A DNA stretch of 58,728 bases from positions 1 through 58,728 of the forward strand of contig JBBIJY010000019.1 of assembly GCA_037445735.1 (NCBI GenBank). The letters are read 5' to 3'. This document shows, piece after piece, positions 8,211 to 19,794 of this stretch (position 1 is the stretch's first letter; each line of letters begins with the position of its first letter). The DNA is from Armatimonadota bacterium (lineage in GTDB: Bacteria; Armatimonadota; Fimbriimonadia; Fimbriimonadales; GBS-DC). The position numbers and the translations under genes were made by a program. The notes under the pieces were generated by a model. That model was not told the origin of the DNA. It saw only the letters and a program-made list of their open reading frames with translations, and searched no databases.

Positions 8211-10549
8211 ATGCGAGCAGGGCTGTTGCTGATGAGTGGCTGGCTGGTGGGATTAGCGTGGTCGCAGGCGGTGCCGCGCTCGGTGGAGGCGATCCCGCGC
8301 AGCCCGACCCGCATCACACTCTTCTGGCTGCCCCCACGTGATGCGAACCCGATCGGCTATCGCGTCTATCGGAACGGCTCACCTGTGCGCGACCTGCCCG
8401 CCGACGCTCGCTCATACGACTTCGAACCGCTGGAGGCGGGTCAGCCCTATACGCTGGGCGTGTCCGCTCTGTATGACGGGGGTCAGGAATCGGCGCGGGT
8501 GGAGCGCGTCGACCGCCCCTACCGCATGGTGCCCCGCGAGGCACGCTACCCGATCGTGATAGTGGGCGGCACGGCGTCGGGCGTCGGCGCCGCCATCACC
8601 GCCGCGCGCATGGGCGTCCGCGTCGCCCTGTTAGAGGAGACCAACCGTCTCGGCGGCATGATCGCCAACGGCGTCGCCATCACCGATGTGCGCGTGCCCA
8701 GCCGAATCAGCGGGCTGTTCGAAGAGTTCCGCCAGAAGGTGGAAGCCTACTACAGAGCGCAGGGCGCCGACACCAGCCACTATATCTACCGCAACGGGCT
8801 GAACTACGAGCCATGGGTCGCCAACATGCTCATCAAATCGATGGTCTATGCCGAGCCGAACATCGATCTCTATTTCGGCGTGCGCCCTGTGCGAACGCTG
8901 AAGGGCGGCAATCGTGTGATTGGGGTGGAGGTGCAGTCGGTGCTGGACGGCACGCGCGGGCGGTTCTATGCAGAGATGGTCATCGACGCGACGGTGGAAG
9001 CCGATGTGGCGGCGTGGGCGGGCGCGAAGTGGCGCATCGGACGCGAGCCGCGTACCCCTGAAGAACCCCACGCGGGCGTCATCTACTACGACCGCCTGAC
9101 CGACCGCATCCTGCCCAATAGCACGGGCAGGGGCGATAAGCGCATCCAGGCATACGCGCTCATGCTCGCCGTGCAGAACTACCCCACCGAACAGGTGCGC
9201 ACGCCCCCACCCGGCTACGACCCGCGCAACTATATCCTTGCGCCGCCATGGGAGCAGTCATGGGCGTATCTGTACGGGCGATTCCCGAACAACAAATTTG
9301 AGATTAACCAGCATCCGCACGGCTCCGACCTGCAGGAGGTGAACTATCGCTATCCGACCGCCCGCTGGGCGGAGCGGCGGCGCATCTACGAAATCTACAA
9401 AAACCATGCGCTGGGCTACCTGCACTACATTCAGACGGTGCAGGGTCAGCGCAGGCTGTGGCTGGCGGAAGATGAGTATCGCGATAATGAGAACCTGCCG
9501 CCGATTCTGTATGTGCGGGAGGCGCGGCGGATTGAAGGTGAGGTGCTGCTGAAGGAGATGGACATCATTCGCGCCCGCGAGCGCATCCGCCCCGATTCAA
9601 TTGCGATTGGCGACTATCCGATGGACTCGCACGCCGTGCGCCGGGTGGTCGTGCCCGAAGGGGTCAACCCTGAAGCGGTGCGCCATATGGGCGAGGGCGA
9701 GTACTGGCTCTATCAATACACACCCTGGTATCAGGTGCCTTACGGTGTGATCGTGCCGAAGGGCGTGGAGGGCTTGCTGGTGAGCAGTGCGGTGTCGGCA
9801 ACGCATGTGGCGTATGGCACGCTGCGGATGGAGCCGGTGCGCATGGCGCTGGGTCAGGCAGCGGGCGTCGCGGCGGCGCTCAGCGTGCAGACGGGCATTC
9901 CCCCGCGCCGACTGCCCATCAGCGCGATTCAGCGCCAGCTGTTGCGCTTCGGTGCGTACATCTACTGGTTCCCCGATGTGAACCCTGCCACCGAGCATTT
10001 TGAGGCGATCCAGTTTTTAGCGGCGCGGGGCTACTTCCCGACGGAGCGGTTCGAGCCGACTCAGCCGCTCACGCGCGGTGAAGCCGCTCGCCTGCTGTGG
10101 CATCACCTGCGCACGCTCAAGCCCGATCTGCGCGAGGAGCCTTATCAGGGTCTGGCGTTCACCGATGTGCTGTTCGGGCATCCGTACGCAGTGCCTGTGC
10201 AGAATCTGTTCCTGCAGGGCGTGCTGGAGCTGACCGGGAGCCGCCGTTTTGAACCTGACCGTCCCTCACGCGGCGCGAGTTGTCCCGCTGGCTGGTCAAA
10301 GCGATGCAGCGGCTTGCACCCGACTGGCAGGCGGAGCGTCCGAGCCAGTCGCCCTATATCGATGTGGCGCTGGACGACCCTGACCTGCCGTTTATTGCGG
10401 CGCTTCACCGCCATCGAGTCAGCGCATTGCTGTGGGATGGGGTCGGTGCTGCCACGCCTGACGGCGTTCGCTTCCAGCCGGATGCGCCGCTGGCGCGTGC
10501 CGACGCCGCCGTCGCACTCTACTTCGCCTGGCGCACCGCTGCAGAGTGA
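8211..10549 (+). CDS. Secreted FN3 + FAD-dependent oxidoreductase + SLH-domain protein, with a 1-nt frameshift near 10263-10265
   Basis: FN3-like N-terminus; 'IVIVGGTASGVGAA', 'YVREARRIEG', 'SATHVAYGTLRMEPVRMALGQAAG'. The SLH-like repeats continue in the 10280..10549 frame ('FQPDAPLARADAA'). Confidence 0.75.
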
Positions 10550-10604
10550 GGGGGCAGGAAGGGGTTGAGATGATGTAAAATAGTATACAGGGAGGCGGTA
10601 AGCG

Positions 10605-13496
10605 ATGAGGTCGATCGATGGGGTACGCCAGCATACGCTGATGATGGTCAGCTGGCTCTGCACTGTGGCGCTGCTGCCCTGCAGGCTTCAGGCTCAGGGT
10701 CGCCCCGACATCGTGTGGATGCGTGGTGGACACTACGGTCCCGTTTATGCTGTGAAGTTCGCGCCCGATGGTCAGATTTTTGCAACAGCAGCTTCGGACG
10801 GCACGATAAAGATGTGGCAATCCGCCGATGGCACGCTTGTGAGAACGATCAAGGCACATCAAGGTGAAGTTTTCTCTATTTCGTTTTCCCCTGAAGGAAG
10901 TTTGCTGGCATCTTCTGGTGCTGACCGCGCAGTACGACTCTGGCGCGTCTCCGACGGGGAATTGGTGGCGACGCTGAGCGGGTTTGGTGGTGGCGTGGAT
11001 TCGGTCGCCTTTTCGCCACAAGGGGGGCTGCTGGCTTCCGCCTGCTCGCGGGATCTCGAGGTTCGCCTGTGGCGCGTATCGGATGGCACCACCATCCAGA
11101 CTTTTGCCGCGGGTCCTGTTAGTGGGGTCGCATTCTCTCCAGATGGAAGCCTGCTTGCCGCCAGCAGCCGTTCGGGACAGGTTTACATCTGGCGTGTTGA
11201 AGATGGAAGCGTGCTAAGGGTCATCAATCTATCGGGCGATCTCGAATCGGTCGCCTTCTCTCCCGGTGGCGACATAATAGCTGTGCGTGAATCGGGGGCA
11301 GTTTCCTTATGGCGCGTGACAGATGGCACCCTGATACGCAGGTTCAATGCGAGCGACGGGCGATCAGGTTTTCGAAGAACGGTCAGCTTTTCTCCCGACG
11401 GGAGCTACTTAGCTTCAACATCCTCTAACTCAGTTGTGGTCCGGCAACTTAACGACGGTGCGATGGCTTATAGTTTATACCATAACGATCGATATATCAA
11501 CTGCGTCGATTTCTCACCAGATGGCGCAAAAATGCTCACAGGCACTGATAGTGGAAATGTTCACCTGTGGATGGCAACCAACCCGGTTGTCTGGGAATGG
11601 AGTTCGAATCTTTCAATCAATGGCTTTGCGCTTTCTCGCGATGGAGAGACGATGGCTGCTGCGAGTAGTGACGGGTATGTCCGAGTTTGGTGAACCCGCG
11701 ATAGAGCTTTGCTCCAGACGATAGCAATGGGCTTAAGTCCTATCTCTGTTGCTCTTTCACCAGATGGTGCCCTGGTAGCAGTAAGCTCCTGGCAACAGAT
11801 AAAGCTCTGGCGGGTATCGGATGGGAGCCTGGTGCGAACCATCACGAGTTCGGTCAATTTAGTGGGGCGTCTCCTCTTTTCACCCGATGGACAACTGATT
11901 GCTTCGGCTGGGAGCGACCGTGCTGTGCATTTATGGCGTGTAGCCGATGGCTCGCTGGTAGTGTCCCTTTCAGGACACACCGATGCAATCACCTCGATTG
12001 CTTTCTCAGTCGATGGAAGCCTGCTCGCTTCAAGTGGTCACGATTTCATGATTCGAGTGTGGACAATACCTGAGGGGAACCTTGTCCAAACTATGCGCAC
12101 CACCCCGGATAGGGTCTTCCAGATTACCTTCTCACCTGATGGGCTTATGCTGGCTGCTGCAGCCTGGTCGCGTGTGATGCTGTGGCGCATATCTGATGGC
12201 AGCCTTATGCGCGTCTATTCTCACAGTAGTATCTCTGCCTTTAATGCTATCTCCTTTTCGCCAGATGGTCGCCTGCTGGCAAGTGCTGCAGTGCAGATTG
12301 TTCTGTGGCATGTTAATGACGGTTCTATTGCAGCAGTCATGTATCATCCTTTGACTTCATATATTAATCATTTGTTTTTCTTGCCTGGCGGGCGCTTGCT
12401 GGCATCGGCAGATTCTCGCTATATTCGATTATGGCGATCGGATGGCTCTGCAATTGCGCTGGGAATAGCCCATAATAGCTGGGTCGACGATATCGCTTTC
12501 TCCCCTGATGGGCGGACCCTGGCTTCGGCGAGCCTCGATTATTTCGTCAAGTTATGGCGTTCTTCTGATGGCTTTCGTATCCGAACCTTAATCGGACACA
12601 GGTATTGGGCGACTGCCGTTGCTTTCGCGCCCGATGGGCAGATAATAGCTTCTGGAGGTTATGATTCTACCATCCGATTGTGGAACGCCTCGGATGGTTC
12701 GGCTATTCGTACAATCAACACGGACGCGGTTGAATCGATAGCCTTTTCACCTGATGGCAGTCTGCTTGTCTCAGGAGCATATGGAGGTCAGGTGAATCTC
12801 TGGCGTGTTGAAGATGGAACCTTGTTGTGGACGCGGGAGCACCCCACAGGAAGAATCCTTTCAGTGGCTTTTTCCCCGAATGGAAGCCTGGTTGCATCGG
12901 GTGGTGCCGATGATATCGTTCGGGTGTGGCATGTTGCCGATGGAAGCCTCGTTCACGAGCTATCGGGGCACTCCGGAGATGTGAACGCCGTTGCTTTTTC
13001 ACCTGATGGTCGCCTGCTGGCGTCCGCGAGCTCCGATCGAACCATTCGGCTCTGGAGCGTTGCTGACGGCACTTTGTTAGCCGTCCTGACAGGGCACACA
13101 GGTGCTGTGCTTGCTATTGCCTTTTCGCCAGATGGAAAATATCTTCTCTCGTCGGGCGGTGATTACACACTGCGGTGGTGGCGAGTTGACGATGGCGCCA
13201 TGCTTCTCTATTATGACCAAGAAACTGGTGCTGGCGGAACATCGCTTAGGTTCTCTGCGAATGGACGCTTTTTTGCGATGAGTAGAAAAGATGCAACGGT
13301 TGTCGTGGCGCGGAACCCGTTTGCCCAGCCCGGTGATACGGATGGTAACGGCTGTGTGGATGACGCCGATTTGATGAGGGTGCTCGCGGCGTTTGGAGAG
13401 GCGGGAGATAACCTCTGGGCTGATTTGAACAGCGATGGCACGGTTGATGACGCTGACCTGCTGGAGGTGCTGTTCCATTTCGGCAGCGGGTGTTAA
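10605..13496 (+). pseudogene. Large secreted WD40 beta-propeller protein with C-terminal duplicated Ca-binding (dockerin-like) motif, interrupted by one in-frame TGA at 11691-11693
   Basis: ORFs 10605..11693 and 11709..13496 share a frame. Many 'AFSPDGxLLASxxxDxxVRLWRVxDG' repeats; C-terminal 'GDTDGNGCVDDADL...DLNSDGTVDDADL'. Confidence 0.75.
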
Positions 13497-13582
13497 GGGG
13501 TCGCCACGCTGAGCGGGTGGCTGAACGGGCGCCGGGCACGCCAGCGGCTCTCTATGACGGTTCAGGCAGGTACAATTCCTGT

Positions 13583-14080
13583 ATGATTATTCTGGGTGTG
13601 GATCCGGGCACGGCGACGATGGGCTACGGCGTGCTGGAGAGCGTGGGCAACCGCTACCGTGCGCTGGTTTTCGGCGTGCTGGAGACCCCCAAAACAGTCC
13701 CTGCCCATGAACGCCTGCGCCTGCTCTATGAAGGGCTGAACACGCTCATCGAGCAGTTCCAGCCCGATGTGCTGGCGACGGAGCAGCTGCTCTTCAGCAC
13801 GAATCGGCGCACGGCGATTCAGGTGGCGCGGGCAGCCGGCGTCGCCCTGCTGACCGCCGCCCAGCACCAGCTGCCCTGGTACGAATACACACCGATGCAG
13901 GTCAAGCAGGCGGTGACGGGCTACGGTGGCGCGGACAAAAAGCAGGTGCAGCAGATGGTGCAACGCCTGCTGGCTCTGCCAGAAGTGCCCAGACCCGACG
14001 ACGCTGCCGATGCGCTCGCCGTCGCCATCTGCCACGCCCATCACCAGTCGCTGTTGCGACTGACAGGAGGCGCACGGTGA
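13583..14080 (+). CDS. ruvC: Holliday junction resolvase RuvC
   Basis: 'MIILGVDPG', '[26 protein letters not shown]', '[16 protein letters not shown]'. Confidence 0.95.
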   Translation: MIILGVDPGTATMGYGVLESVGNRYRALVFGVLETPKTVPAHERLRLLYEGLNTLIEQFQPDVLATEQLLFSTNRRTAIQVARAAGVALLTAAQHQLPWYEYTPMQVKQAVTGYGGADKKQVQQMVQRLLALPEVPRPDDAADALAVAICHAHHQSLLRLTGGAR

Positions 14081-14274
14081 ACATCCCGTTCGTGCTGGTC
14101 TGCCTGGCGATTATCGCCGTGCTGGTGGCAATCGCCTATCGCAACCTTCGGCGATTGAACCAGCGTATCGCGGAATGGGACGAGGAACGCGCCCGACAGC
14201 CGATGGACCCGTTTCAGGCGCTTGCCGAACTCTATCGCCTGCAGGAAAGCCGTCGGCGCGACCGAAAATCGTGA
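14077..14274 (+). CDS. Small single-TM membrane protein
   Basis: AGGAGG RBS, GTGA overlap with ruvC, N-terminal hydrophobic helix. Confidence 0.7.
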   Translation: MNIPFVLVCLAIIAVLVAIAYRNLRRLNQRIAEWDEERARQPMDPFQALAELYRLQESRRRDRKS

Positions 14275-14276
14275 AT

Positions 14277-15218
14277 ATGCCCAGAGCGGTTGTAACAGGC
14301 GGCGCCGGCTTCATCGGCTCCCATCTGGTGGATCGGCTGCTAACGGAAGGCTGGCAGGTGGTCGTGATCGATAATCTCATCACGGGCAGCCGGGAGAACC
14401 TGCGCCATCACGAGGGCAACCCGAATCTGGAGTTCATTCTGCACGATGTGCGCCAGCCGTTTGAGGTGGCGGGCGCGGTGGACTATGTGTTCCATCTGGC
14501 GGCGACCGCCAGCCCGGTGGATTTCATTCGGCGCCCGCTGGAGACGCTCACAGTCGGCTCCTACGGCACGGAGAATGCACTTGCGCTCGCGCTGGCAAAA
14601 GGCGCGAAGTTCCTGTTCACCTCCACCTCCGAAGTGTATGGCGACCCACTGGTGCATCCCCAATCGGAAGACTACTGGGGGAATGTGAACCCGATTGGCG
14701 TTCGGGGCGTGTACGACGAATCGAAGCGGTACGCCGAGTCGCTGGTGATGGCATACCATCGCTACCGGGACGCAGACACGCGCATCGCACGCATTTTCAA
14801 CACTTTTGGGGAGCGCATGCGGCTGGATGACGGGCGCGTGGTGCCCAACTTCATCCGGCAGGCGTTGCTGGGTGAACCCATCACGGTGTACGGCGACGGC
14901 AGCCAGACGCGCAGCTTCTGCTATGTGTCGGATCTGATAGAGGGTCTCTGGCGACTGGCACAGAGCGACTATCACCTGCCCGTGAATCTGGGCAACCCCG
15001 ATGAGCGCACGATTCTGGAGTTTGCCCGGCTGATTAAGGCGCTGACGGGCAGCACCAGCCCGATAGAGTTCCGCGAGTTTCTGACCCCCGATGACCCGCA
15101 TCGGCGCTGCCCCGACATTCGGCGGGCGCGCGAGCTGCTGGGCTGGGAGCCGCGCGTGCCCCTGGAGGAGGGCTTGCGCCGCACAATCGCCGACTTCCGC
15201 CAGCGGCTCAACCGATGA
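14277..15218 (+). CDS. UDP-glucuronic acid decarboxylase family SDR (NAD-dependent epimerase/dehydratase)
   Basis: '[12 protein letters not shown]', 'STSEVYGDP', 'YWGNVNPIG', 'YDESKR', '[15 protein letters not shown]'. Confidence 0.9.
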   Translation: MPRAVVTGGAGFIGSHLVDRLLTEGWQVVVIDNLITGSRENLRHHEGNPNLEFILHDVRQPFEVAGAVDYVFHLAATASPVDFIRRPLETLTVGSYGTENALALALAKGAKFLFTSTSEVYGDPLVHPQSEDYWGNVNPIGVRGVYDESKRYAESLVMAYHRYRDADTRIARIFNTFGERMRLDDGRVVPNFIRQALLGEPITVYGDGSQTRSFCYVSDLIEGLWRLAQSDYHLPVNLGNPDERTILEFARLIKALTGSTSPIEFREFLTPDDPHRRCPDIRRARELLGWEPRVPLEEGLRRTIADFRQRLNR

Positions 15219-15745
15219 GAGTGAACTTTCGCAGGCGGGGCATCCGGCTCAAGGGGTTTGTCAGTGGCTTGCGCGTCCCGCTCAAGCAAATATCTCTCGT
15301 GCTGGTGAGGCTGCTGGGCTACACCGCGCTCTCGGTGCTGCTATTCTGGGCAGTGCATCCGCTATGGCTGGTGGCGTTCTGGGGCTTGCAGGGCTACCCC
15401 GCGAGCGGGGGCGACCTCGCCCGCTGGTATCAACTGGGTGCGTTTAATATTCTGCCGATGATGGCGTGGCTGATGGCTACGCCAGTGCTGATGGGTGTGC
15501 TGTGGCTGTTGCAGGCGCGAACCTCGCTGGCGCGCTGGATGCGCACGGCGCTGGGCGCGCTGCTTATGGCGGGGCTGGTTCCACCGCTCGCCTACTGCCT
15601 GCTCCTGCTCTATGCCGATGTGTGGGCGTATCGGGCGTGGGATGCGATGGCGCCAGCTCTTCTGCACGCCTACCTGATGCTGGCGCCCGCCTGCATGCTG
15701 GCGGGTGGCATCCTCGGGTGGCTCTGCGGGCGCAGACGCAGATAA
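15215..15745 (+). CDS. Hypothetical multi-pass membrane protein
   Basis: ATGA overlap with the upstream gene; about four hydrophobic segments. Confidence 0.65.
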   Translation: MRVNFRRRGIRLKGFVSGLRVPLKQISLVLVRLLGYTALSVLLFWAVHPLWLVAFWGLQGYPASGGDLARWYQLGAFNILPMMAWLMATPVLMGVLWLLQARTSLARWMRTALGALLMAGLVPPLAYCLLLLYADVWAYRAWDAMAPALLHAYLMLAPACMLAGGILGWLCGRRRR

Positions 15746-15747
15746 AC

Positions 15748-15822
15748 TGGAGCGGGAGACGGGATTCGAACCCGCGACCCCTGGCATGGGAGGCCAGTGC
15801 TCTGCCCCTGAGCTACTCCCGC
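15748..15822 (-). tRNA. tRNA-Gly(CCC)
   Basis: Cloverleaf: GCGGGAG acceptor, CTGGC-CTCCCAT-GCCAG anticodon arm, GGTTCGAATCC T-arm, U73, encoded CCA. Upstream TATAAT at 15837-15832. Confidence 0.95.
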
Positions 15823-15935
15823 TCGCAATTAATTATACCCCAGCCCCTGTGTCGATGCAATTCCCAACATCGCACGGAACCCCGCCTTGGCCTGCCTTGT
15901 GGGCGCTAATCCGAATCCTAATATATGCAGGTGCA

Positions 15936-17819
15936 TCACAGCATATCGAGCATGAGAGAAAAGTCGCGACTCCGATTGGGCGTATAGAAGCGCAGGTTCA
16001 CAACCGCCGTTTTTTGCATGTCCTGATTGGGCGCCGGTGGCAGCACGCGGGGCGCCCCGCTACTATCGATCTCCACAGGGAGCGCTCTGGCAAACTGCAT
16101 CTGGGAGTGCTGGAGCGCAAAATAAGGCTCCCCAGCGGAGGTCGGATCAGGCAGGCTCATCAGCGTGGTGGTCGTTATGAAGGCTGGCATGTCTTCCAGG
16201 GGCAGGCTCCAGTCGTGGTGGGCGGGGGCGTTGAGCGCCTGCTCGAATCGCTGGCGCTGGGGCGGCGTGAGCTGGCTCAGGTAGAGTTGCTTGCCAGCGA
16301 GCGCTGCCTGCTTCTGCTGGGGTGTGAGGCTCGCCCAGAAGCGCAACGCGGGCACCGCCTGCACCAGCAGCGGCAACTTCAGGGCGCTGGCAGTGCGCAC
16401 GCTCCAGCCCGCTGTCAGCGGCAAGCCAGCGATGCGCTCAATCTGCAGCTCGTTAAGGGCGCTGGCAAACTGCGCCCACTCATCCAGCGAGATGCTCTCC
16501 TGCTTCTGCTTTCGGGCTTCCAGCGGGCGCAGCCAGTCTTCAGGGATCTCGCTGGGGCGCAGCCAGAAGTAGTCTTTGTGGCGTGCCATCAGCGCATCCC
16601 CCTCCTGATGCAGCCAGAACAGCTCGGGCAGTTGCCAGCGAAGCGGCGCCAGCGTTTCGTCACGCAGCCGCAGGCGAGAGATGAGGGATAGCTCTGCCTG
16701 AGTGATACGGTAGGCATCGGCATAGAGGTCGAGACCATAGCGACGCGCCAGCTCGATGAGCTGGGCGAGCGGGCTGTTCTGGATGGGCGACGGCAGGGGG
16801 AACGGCTCCGGGGAAGCAGTGGCACGGCGCGAAGGCGTGGGGCGCTCCGAGACATTCGCCCACTCACGCCAGACCCTGTTGTTCGGGTTGGTTTCCAGCG
16901 CGGTCATGCTCTTCTCTCTGGCGTTGTCCCCGCCTATCAGATCCGCGGCGGAGAGGCTGTACGGGATCGCTGTGGCGCCGTAGGAAGCACCAGAGCGATC
17001 AGACGCAGACCGCCTTCGATACTCGATATGCAAAAAGAGCGTGCCCCGCCAGGCGTCCCACCGCATACGAAGCGAGATAACCCCCTCACCGGCCTCAGTT
17101 TCATGAGTCAGCGAGCGTGCTTTTGTGAAGGGGTACCATTCGCTCAGCAGCTGCTGGAGGCTGGGCGCCAGCGGCAACTCGCCCGCTTGCGGCGCGGTCG
17201 AAAAGATGAGCGTTTCGCCCTGCCAGAATCGGTTCCATTCGGTTGCACGGAAATCGCCCATCACCCGCGCCGCCGCGTACAGATTCACATTCTGAAGCAG
17301 CGACACGAGCCGCGCCTGCTGATCGGGGTCAGAACGCTCCGCTTCCGTGTTCATGCGGCGCAACTCTTCGGGGCTATAGCGGCGGGCGAGGTTAATCAGG
17401 GCGCGAAGGGCTGGCTCCATCAGCTGGCGCCGTGCGAGCAGCAGCGCCTGCCGCAACAGCGCCTCGCGCACGCGCTCCTGATTCGGCTGATAGAGACGGT
17501 AGCCATCGGTCGTGTCGGAGCGTTGCCACTCGTAGCGCAGCGTCTCTGCCAGCCGACGCAACACCTCATGCGCAGGGCGCTCCTTCACCAGCACGCACAC
17601 CTTGTCTTCAGCAATATCGGGCGCGGCGCTGAGCGTAAGCCCCAGCTGCGCACTGAGTTGCTGGAATAGCTGCTTGAGCGGGATCAGCGGCTCCTGCACC
17701 GTGATGGGCTTCTGCAGGCGCGTGTCCTGACCGAGATCAGGCGACTGCGCACCCGCCCACGCGCCAGCCATTATCAGGCAGAAGACCCAACCCCACCGCA
17801 GCATGCGTAGCGAAACCAT
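15936..17819 (-). CDS. Hypothetical secreted protein
   Basis: 627-aa ORF, GGAGG RBS, signal peptide. The N-terminal 'LQKPIT...PLKQLFQQLSAQLG' resembles secretin-N/STN-like domains. Confidence 0.7.
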   Translation of the reverse strand: MVSLRMLRWGWVFCLIMAGAWAGAQSPDLGQDTRLQKPITVQEPLIPLKQLFQQLSAQLGLTLSAAPDIAEDKVCVLVKERPAHEVLRRLAETLRYEWQRSDTTDGYRLYQPNQERVREALLRQALLLARRQLMEPALRALINLARRYSPEELRRMNTEAERSDPDQQARLVSLLQNVNLYAAARVMGDFRATEWNRFWQGETLIFSTAPQAGELPLAPSLQQLLSEWYPFTKARSLTHETEAGEGVISLRMRWDAWRGTLFLHIEYRRRSASDRSGASYGATAIPYSLSAADLIGGDNAREKSMTALETNPNNRVWREWANVSERPTPSRRATASPEPFPLPSPIQNSPLAQLIELARRYGLDLYADAYRITQAELSLISRLRLRDETLAPLRWQLPELFWLHQEGDALMARHKDYFWLRPSEIPEDWLRPLEARKQKQESISLDEWAQFASALNELQIERIAGLPLTAGWSVRTASALKLPLLVQAVPALRFWASLTPQQKQAALAGKQLYLSQLTPPQRQRFEQALNAPAHHDWSLPLEDMPAFITTTTLMSLPDPTSAGEPYFALQHSQMQFARALPVEIDSSGAPRVLPPAPNQDMQKTAVVNLRFYTPNRSRDFSLMLDML

Positions 17820-17822
17820 TCA

Positions 17823-17859
17823 AGCCACCTCCAGAGCGTTAGACGCTCCAGAGGTGGCT
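17823..17859 (-). promoter_or_regulatory. Intergenic hairpin overlapping the RBS of the 15936..17819 gene
   Basis: Minus strand AGCCACCTCTGGAGCG-TCTAA-CGCTCTGGAGGTGGCT: a 16-bp stem with 2 G-U pairs whose 3' arm contains GGAGG. Confidence 0.55.
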
Positions 17860-17875
17860 GGGGTTCAGGGGAAGA

Positions 17876-19744
17876 TCAGAACCAGATGGTCAGCGTTGCC
17901 GACCGCGAAACGCCGTTGTAGGTCGCCGTGATGGTCGCCTGACGCACGAAGCAGTACCAGCAGCTGGTGGTGCGGATGGTGAAGCGTGCGCTGGTCTGAC
18001 CCGCAGGTACCGTGACGCTGCTGGGCACAATCGCAGCGCTGCTATTGCTGCTGCGCAGCTGCACGACCGCACCGCCCGACGGCGCCGGTCCGCTGAGCGT
18101 AACCGTGCCGGTCGCGCTGCTGCCGCCCCACACAGAGGTCGGACTGATCGTCAGCGACTGGAGCGTCACGGAGCCAGAAGGTGGGTTCACGGTCAGCGTC
18201 GCCTGGCGCGTGACACCGCCCGCGCTTGCAGTGATAGTGACCTGAGTCTGGGAACTGACCTGCGTGGTGGAGACGGTGAAGTTCGCCGAGGTCTGACCCT
18301 GGGGCACGGTGACGGACGACGGCACGCTGGCAACAGACGGATTGCTGCTGCTCAGCTGCACGGTGAATCCGCCCGATTGGGCAGGCGCCGTGAGTGTGAC
18401 CGTGCCTGTGCTGCTTTGCCCGCCGACCACCGTGCTGGGATTGAGCGTCAGGCTGCTCAGCGATGGCGTGCCGCCGCCACCACCCGCTGCCTGCAACGCG
18501 CGATAGACATTCAACCGACCCGCGTTCGGCGCAATGGTGCCACCCGAATAATAGGGCTGATACGGGTCCACATTCTGCTCCAGAATAGAGCGCAACTGCT
18601 GATTGCTCAGGTTCGGCGCGTGAGTCCATACCAGGGCTGCCGCGCCCGACACATGCGGACACGCCATCGATGTGCCCGATAGCGTCGCATAACTGTTGCC
18701 CCGATAGGTGGAGTAGATGGACGCGCCCGGCGCCGCAATGTCCACCCACGAACCATACTGCGAGAAGGAGGTCAGCCGATCGTTCTGGTCGGTCGCCGCC
18801 ACCGCAATCACATTGGTGTAGTAGGCAGGGTACTGCGGTGAGGAGCTGCCCCCGTTGCCCGCCGCCGCCACAATCAGGCAGCCCCGATTCCACGCATAGG
18901 TCACAGCGTTGGACAAAGTCGAGGAACCTGACGGTCCGCCCAGGCTCATGCTCAGCACATGCGCGCCGTTGTCGGCTGCCCAGGTGATTCCGTTGGCAAC
19001 GCTGGTCAGCGAGCCAGAACCGTTCGCATCCAGCACCTTGACAGGCATCAGCTGCACATACTGGTTATAGCCCGACACGGCAGGGTTCCACGCCGCCACG
19101 CCCGCCACGCCGATACCGTTATTAATCTCCGCCGCAGCAATCCCTGCACAGTGCGTGCCGTGCCCGTTATCGTCGTTCGCGTTCGTGCTGTTGTTGAGCG
19201 TGTTGTAACCATAGATTTGACCGTTCGCCAGTCGGCGGAACTTGTTGCGCAGGTCGGAATGGTTGTAATCGATGCCCGTGTCGATAATGGCGATATAGCG
19301 GGTTGCCTGCGGCTGCCAGATGTCCCACGCAAGGTTTGCCTGAATGCGCTGTAAGCCGTACTGCTGGCTGTAACCGGGGTCGTTCGGCGTGGCGAAGGCA
19401 CGGTAGATGTAGTTCGGTTCCACATATTTCACACCCGGGATCGCCCGCAGGAACTCCATCGCGTCGTCCATAGAGAGGTTCGGCGTCAGCACCACGCGAT
19501 AGGCGCCAATCTGGGGGATGGTCTCCACCACCCAGCCGACGAGCGCCATCGCCTGCAGCGGCAACGCCTTCGGGTTCACCAGATCCAGCCCGACAACCAG
19601 CTCGCCAGGCACGAACTCAGCGGGTTGCTCTGCCGCTATCGGGTCGCTGGTTTCAAGCGGCAGGTCGGGCTGCTGGGCGAAGGGAACGCCCAACAGCAAG
19701 CAGAACGCCATTAATCCCATCGCTTTACCGATTAGCCTCTGCAT
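17876..19744 (-). CDS. Subtilisin-like S8 serine peptidase (thermitase-like) with two C-terminal Ig-like repeats
   Basis: Catalytic triad motifs 'IAIIDTG', 'HGTHCAG', 'SGTSMACPHV'; oxyanion 'AAAGN'; signal and propeptide; AGGAGG before ATG 19744. Confidence 0.92.
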   Translation of the reverse strand: MQRLIGKAMGLMAFCLLLGVPFAQQPDLPLETSDPIAAEQPAEFVPGELVVGLDLVNPKALPLQAMALVGWVVETIPQIGAYRVVLTPNLSMDDAMEFLRAIPGVKYVEPNYIYRAFATPNDPGYSQQYGLQRIQANLAWDIWQPQATRYIAIIDTGIDYNHSDLRNKFRRLANGQIYGYNTLNNSTNANDDNGHGTHCAGIAAAEINNGIGVAGVAAWNPAVSGYNQYVQLMPVKVLDANGSGSLTSVANGITWAADNGAHVLSMSLGGPSGSSTLSNAVTYAWNRGCLIVAAAGNGGSSSPQYPAYYTNVIAVAATDQNDRLTSFSQYGSWVDIAAPGASIYSTYRGNSYATLSGTSMACPHVSGAAALVWTHAPNLSNQQLRSILEQNVDPYQPYYSGGTIAPNAGRLNVYRALQAAGGGGGTPSLSSLTLNPSTVVGGQSSTGTVTLTAPAQSGGFTVQLSSSNPSVASVPSSVTVPQGQTSANFTVSTTQVSSQTQVTITASAGGVTRQATLTVNPPSGSVTLQSLTISPTSVWGGSSATGTVTLSGPAPSGGAVVQLRSSNSSAAIVPSSVTVPAGQTSARFTIRTTSCWYCFVRQATITATYNGVSRSATLTIWF

Positions 19745-19794
19745 TACCTGTACCTCCTGTTTTTCTGGATCAGGCAGGTTCTCGAGTTCGATCC

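Noticed and set aside
11691-11760. Selenocysteine recoding of the in-frame TGA
   Set aside because: The position corresponds to Arg in the WD40 repeats, not Cys, and no convincing SECIS hairpin follows
15748-15935. tRNA-Gly as an integration site for an island or prophage
   Set aside because: No integrase nearby and no duplicated tRNA 3' end noticed in the window
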